Part shown: one piece after another, positions 60,949 to 64,000 of the stretch
Numbering within the stretch: position 1 is the first letter of the stretch
Layout of the letters: the number at the start of each line of letters is the position of its first letter
Assembly: GCA_021734325.1 (NCBI GenBank)
Contig: JAIPJF010000017.1
Location: forward strand, 5,252-69,251
From: Fidelibacterota bacterium
Lineage (GTDB): Bacteria > Fidelibacterota > UBA8477 > JABMPR01
DNA length: 64,000 bases
Reading direction: 5' to 3'
Translations under genes and position numbers: made by a program
The notes under the pieces: model-generated
The model's database searches: none
Seen by the model: the letters and a program-made list of their open reading frames with translations, nothing else
Told to the model about the DNA's origin: nothing

Positions 60949-62022
60949 ATGAAACCAAAACTATTTATACCTGGACCCACACACGTTGATGAGGAAATTC
61001 TTAGAGCGATTTCACAATACCCCATTGGGCATCGGACCAATGATTATCGTGAGTTGCAATCAAAAGTAGTCTCTGGGATCAAGGAAGTATTGTTTACCGA
61101 GCAGTCCGTTCTGCTCTCAACCAGCTCAGCCACGGGTCTGATGGAAGCTGGTGTACGTAACCTTAGTAAAAAGAAAGTAGCAAACTTTGTATGTGGTGCT
61201 TTTTCTGAGAGACAGGCTGATTTAACCCGAATTGCTGGGTTGGACCAGGATGTGTTTCACGTTGATTGGGGACAGCCAACCCTTCCGGATCAGGTCGATT
61301 CTGCGCTTTCCCGAGGAGACTATGATTTGGTTACAGTCGTCTTTAATGAAACTTCGACCGGTGTGATGAATCCCATAGCCGAAATTGGTGAAGTGCTAAA
61401 AAACTATCCTGATACATTGCTTATGGTGGATGCGGTGAGTGGGATGATGGGAGCACCTCTCAAGGTGGATGAGTGGGGGATAGATATGTCCCTTGCCAGC
61501 GTGCAAAAAGCATGGGCTTTGCCCCCCGGTTTTGCTGTCATGTCTCTATCTGATCGTGCCCTCGAGCGAAGTAAATCTATTCTTGAGTCACAAAAAGGGT
61601 ATTACTTTGATTTTGTTAGAATGCATAAAGCAGGCGAGAAGTCACAAACCACTGTCACCCCAAGTATTCCTCATATTTACGGCTTATCCGTTCAATTGGA
61701 TAGGATAAAAGCTGAAGGAATAGAGAATCGATTTGCCCGTCATAGAGAAATGGCGAACCGAGTGAGGCAGTGGGGCAAAGAGCGATTCGGTCTATATGCT
61801 CATGCAGGATATGAATCTGATACGCTTACTTGCTTCACAAATGACATGGGGATCGATCTCATCGCTTTAGCGGAGGAGATGAAGAAGCGGAATTACTTGA
61901 TCTCAGGTGGCTATGGCGATCTCAAGGGGAAAACCTTTCGAATAGCTCATATGGGTGATCTGCAGATAGAAGATATTGATGATGTACTCAACGTTTTAGA
62001 TGAGGTTATTTCTGGTTTATGA
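60949..62022 (+). CDS. class V PLP aminotransferase (serine-pyruvate/phosphoserine aminotransferase-like)
   Basis: FIPGPT, NETSTG, VDAVS, SVQKAWALPPG and FRIAHMG. Confidence 0.9.
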   Translation: MKPKLFIPGPTHVDEEILRAISQYPIGHRTNDYRELQSKVVSGIKEVLFTEQSVLLSTSSATGLMEAGVRNLSKKKVANFVCGAFSERQADLTRIAGLDQDVFHVDWGQPTLPDQVDSALSRGDYDLVTVVFNETSTGVMNPIAEIGEVLKNYPDTLLMVDAVSGMMGAPLKVDEWGIDMSLASVQKAWALPPGFAVMSLSDRALERSKSILESQKGYYFDFVRMHKAGEKSQTTVTPSIPHIYGLSVQLDRIKAEGIENRFARHREMANRVRQWGKERFGLYAHAGYESDTLTCFTNDMGIDLIALAEEMKKRNYLISGGYGDLKGKTFRIAHMGDLQIEDIDDVLNVLDEVISGL

Positions 62023-63590
62023 AAAAAATACTAATTACGGACGCTCTTTCGGCCTCTGGAAAATCTGTGCTGGAAGCATCGGGAATCGAAGTTGTTGAGA
62101 TACTGGATAAAGATCAGGAAAAGATAGATGCTGCTCTACCAGAGGTTGATGGATGGATTATCCGGAGTGGCACAAACATAAATTCTCAAGCGATCGCCAA
62201 AGCCTCAAAATTAAAAGCGATTGGACGCGCCGGTGTCGGGGTGGATAATATCGATATACAGGCAGCAACCGCTCATGGTGTTGTGGTAATGAATACACCA
62301 GGTGGGAATACTATTTCTGCTGCTGAGCACACGATCGCCTTGATGATGTCGCTGGCAAGAAATATTCCCCGTGGGGATAGTTCGATGAAAGCCGGAACCT
62401 GGGAGCGAAAGGCACTTGTTGGGACGGAACTCTATGGTAAAACACTGGGAATTGTAGGTCTTGGTCGTATTGGACAAGAAGTAGGGCGCAGGGCACTTGG
62501 ACTGCAAATGAAGGTGATTGGTTATGATCCGTATGTATCCCAGGATCAGCTGGTTGTAAAAGATATAACAGTCCTATCTTTGGAAGAAGTCCTGAAAAAC
62601 TCAGACATTATCACGCTTCATTTACCTCGAACAAAGGATACATTGGACCTGATCAGCAGTCCTGAATTAGCACAGATGAAGTCATCAGCAATGCTAATTA
62701 ACTGTGCCAGGGGCGGATTGGTGAATGAGGTGGCTATAGCTCAGGCACTTGAAGATAATGTCATAGCAGGTGCTGCTTTTGATGTCTACACATCGGAACC
62801 CCCGGAAAATAACCCGCTCTTACACGCAAAAAATACGGTACTCACCCCACATCTGGGAGCGAGCACTCATGAAGCCGGAGAGAATGTTGCAGTTCAGATC
62901 GCAACTCAATTAAGAGATTTCTTGCTAGAAGGTCGTCTCTGCAATACAATAAATCTTCCCATAGCTGATATGGGTATTTTGAAATCAATCAGCAAGACCT
63001 TAACCCTGGCGCGGGAAATTGGCCTCTTAATGCACCCCCTTCAAAAAGGTGCCATCAAGTCCATTAGATTAAGTTATAATGGTGACCCTGAGCATATCAC
63101 ACCCCTTTTATATTCAGCTTTTGAAGGCGTCATGAGGGATCGATATGACGGAACGATTAATCTGATCAACGCCAAGTCCATTGCTGAATCAAGGGGAATT
63201 TCCTTGAGCACCCTGCATGACCCTGAGTTGAGCAATGTCCAGAATGCGCTATCACTTTCTGTAGAATCAGCTGACAATACTCACTGGGAGTTGATGGGAT
63301 ATACAGATATACAGGGTAGCCAACGATTAACCAGAGTCAATAAGTATCATGTTGATGTACTCCTCGATGGATCGTTGATCCTGATTCTCAATCAGGATGT
63401 ACCCGGTGTGGTAGGAGAGGTTGGCACCTTACTCGCCAGATACTCCATAAATATTGCTGAATATTCATTGACCCGCCAGACGGGTGGTACTGCCCTTTCA
63501 TTAATCAAATGTGATTCTTCTCCAGGGATTGATTTACTGAACGAGCTCAGGAGTCTATCTTCCATCAGGGAGTGTTTTTTGCTCAGGTAA
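62019..63590 (+). CDS. serA: D-3-phosphoglycerate dehydrogenase (type I, ASB and ACT domains)
   Basis: RAGVGVDNID, GLGRIG, NCARGG, TPHLGAST and ACT domain DVPGVVG. Confidence 0.96.
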   Translation: MKKILITDALSASGKSVLEASGIEVVEILDKDQEKIDAALPEVDGWIIRSGTNINSQAIAKASKLKAIGRAGVGVDNIDIQAATAHGVVVMNTPGGNTISAAEHTIALMMSLARNIPRGDSSMKAGTWERKALVGTELYGKTLGIVGLGRIGQEVGRRALGLQMKVIGYDPYVSQDQLVVKDITVLSLEEVLKNSDIITLHLPRTKDTLDLISSPELAQMKSSAMLINCARGGLVNEVAIAQALEDNVIAGAAFDVYTSEPPENNPLLHAKNTVLTPHLGASTHEAGENVAVQIATQLRDFLLEGRLCNTINLPIADMGILKSISKTLTLAREIGLLMHPLQKGAIKSIRLSYNGDPEHITPLLYSAFEGVMRDRYDGTINLINAKSIAESRGISLSTLHDPELSNVQNALSLSVESADNTHWELMGYTDIQGSQRLTRVNKYHVDVLLDGSLILILNQDVPGVVGEVGTLLARYSINIAEYSLTRQTGGTALSLIKCDSSPGIDLLNELRSLSSIRECFLLR

Positions 63591-63663
63591 ATGTTAAATT
63601 AAAGCTTGATTTAGTAACGGGTCGATAGTATTAACCCCTACTGATGAATAAAATTGAGGTGAT

Positions 63664-64000
63664 ATGATGACTGAAGAAAAGCAAAACACCCCTGACGAAA
63701 AGCCAAAATCTGATCGTGCTTCAAAATTGATGAATGATATGATGCGAGGGTTGCGGGAATTTGGTAGTTCTGCTATGGAAAAGGCTGAGGAATATGGCAA
63801 AATTGCCACTGAGAAAGCTGAAGAACTAACGAAGCAGGGAAAAATCAAGCTCGATCTTCACCAGCTTAACAGGAATCGCACAAAATTATTGGCTGAGCTT
63901 GGTGAGTTGGTAATCGGTTTGAAGACCAAACCAAAAATTGCCAAGTTGACCGAACATGAAACATACATTTCCCTGACTGCTGCAATCAAGGACCTTGATC
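63664..64000 (+). CDS. hypothetical helical/coiled-coil protein (runs off the window end)
   Basis: GAGGTG RBS, ATG at 63664, frame open to the window end (MMTEEKQNTPDEKPK...GKIKLDLHQL...LLAELGELV). Confidence 0.7.
   Translation, partial: MMTEEKQNTPDEKPKSDRASKLMNDMMRGLREFGSSAMEKAEEYGKIATEKAEELTKQGKIKLDLHQLNRNRTKLLAELGELVIGLKTKPKIAKLTEHETYISLTAAIKDLD

Noticed and set aside
616-63848. Numerous 60-130 aa antisense or alternative-frame ORFs in the track
   Set aside because: They are almost all contained within or antisense to well-supported genes and show no motifs; they are treated as shadow ORFs.
1-64000. CRISPR arrays, integrase/prophage, IS elements, or defence systems such as BREX (suggested by the PglZ domain)
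   Set aside because: No regularly spaced repeats, transposases or integrases were seen by eye. The PglZ domain is fused to a receiver domain in the porX-tsaE context with no brx genes nearby.

Overview
This is a gene-dense chromosomal window that looks like core genome from a diderm FCB-superphylum bacterium. The porX-tsaE and rplM-rpsI-rpsB-tsf-pyrH-frr gene orders and a T9SS-type C-terminal-domain protein suggest Marinimicrobia/Calditrichaeota-like affinity; this is inference only. Most genes are housekeeping (tsaE/B, accD, surE, guaA, glmS, uppP, holA, ribosomal proteins, def-fmt-rsmB-rpe, hflX, tadA, der, serA). There are also signalling genes (CHASE2 adenylate cyclase, PorX-like REC-PglZ, ECF sigma/anti-sigma, GAF-GGDEF, an orphan sensor kinase), tRNA-Ser(CGA), and a surface-glycan locus at about 21.5-36.3 kb. 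I saw no CRISPR array, prophage, transposase or rRNA. The best leads are: (1) an unexplained, highly base-paired ~200-nt non-coding element directly downstream of tRNA-Ser that I could not match to SRP, 6S, tmRNA or RNase P; (2) a lone Fe-S APS reductase with an atypical amidohydrolase, an LbH acyltransferase and a GNAT inside the glycan locus, suggesting sulfur-dependent glycan tailoring; (3) a sensor kinase with a nested duplication of its sensor domain; (4) a DUF1015-aminotransferase-serA operon lacking serB, preceded by a possible leaderless Ser-containing uORF. All product calls come from motif recognition by eye; no database searches were run.
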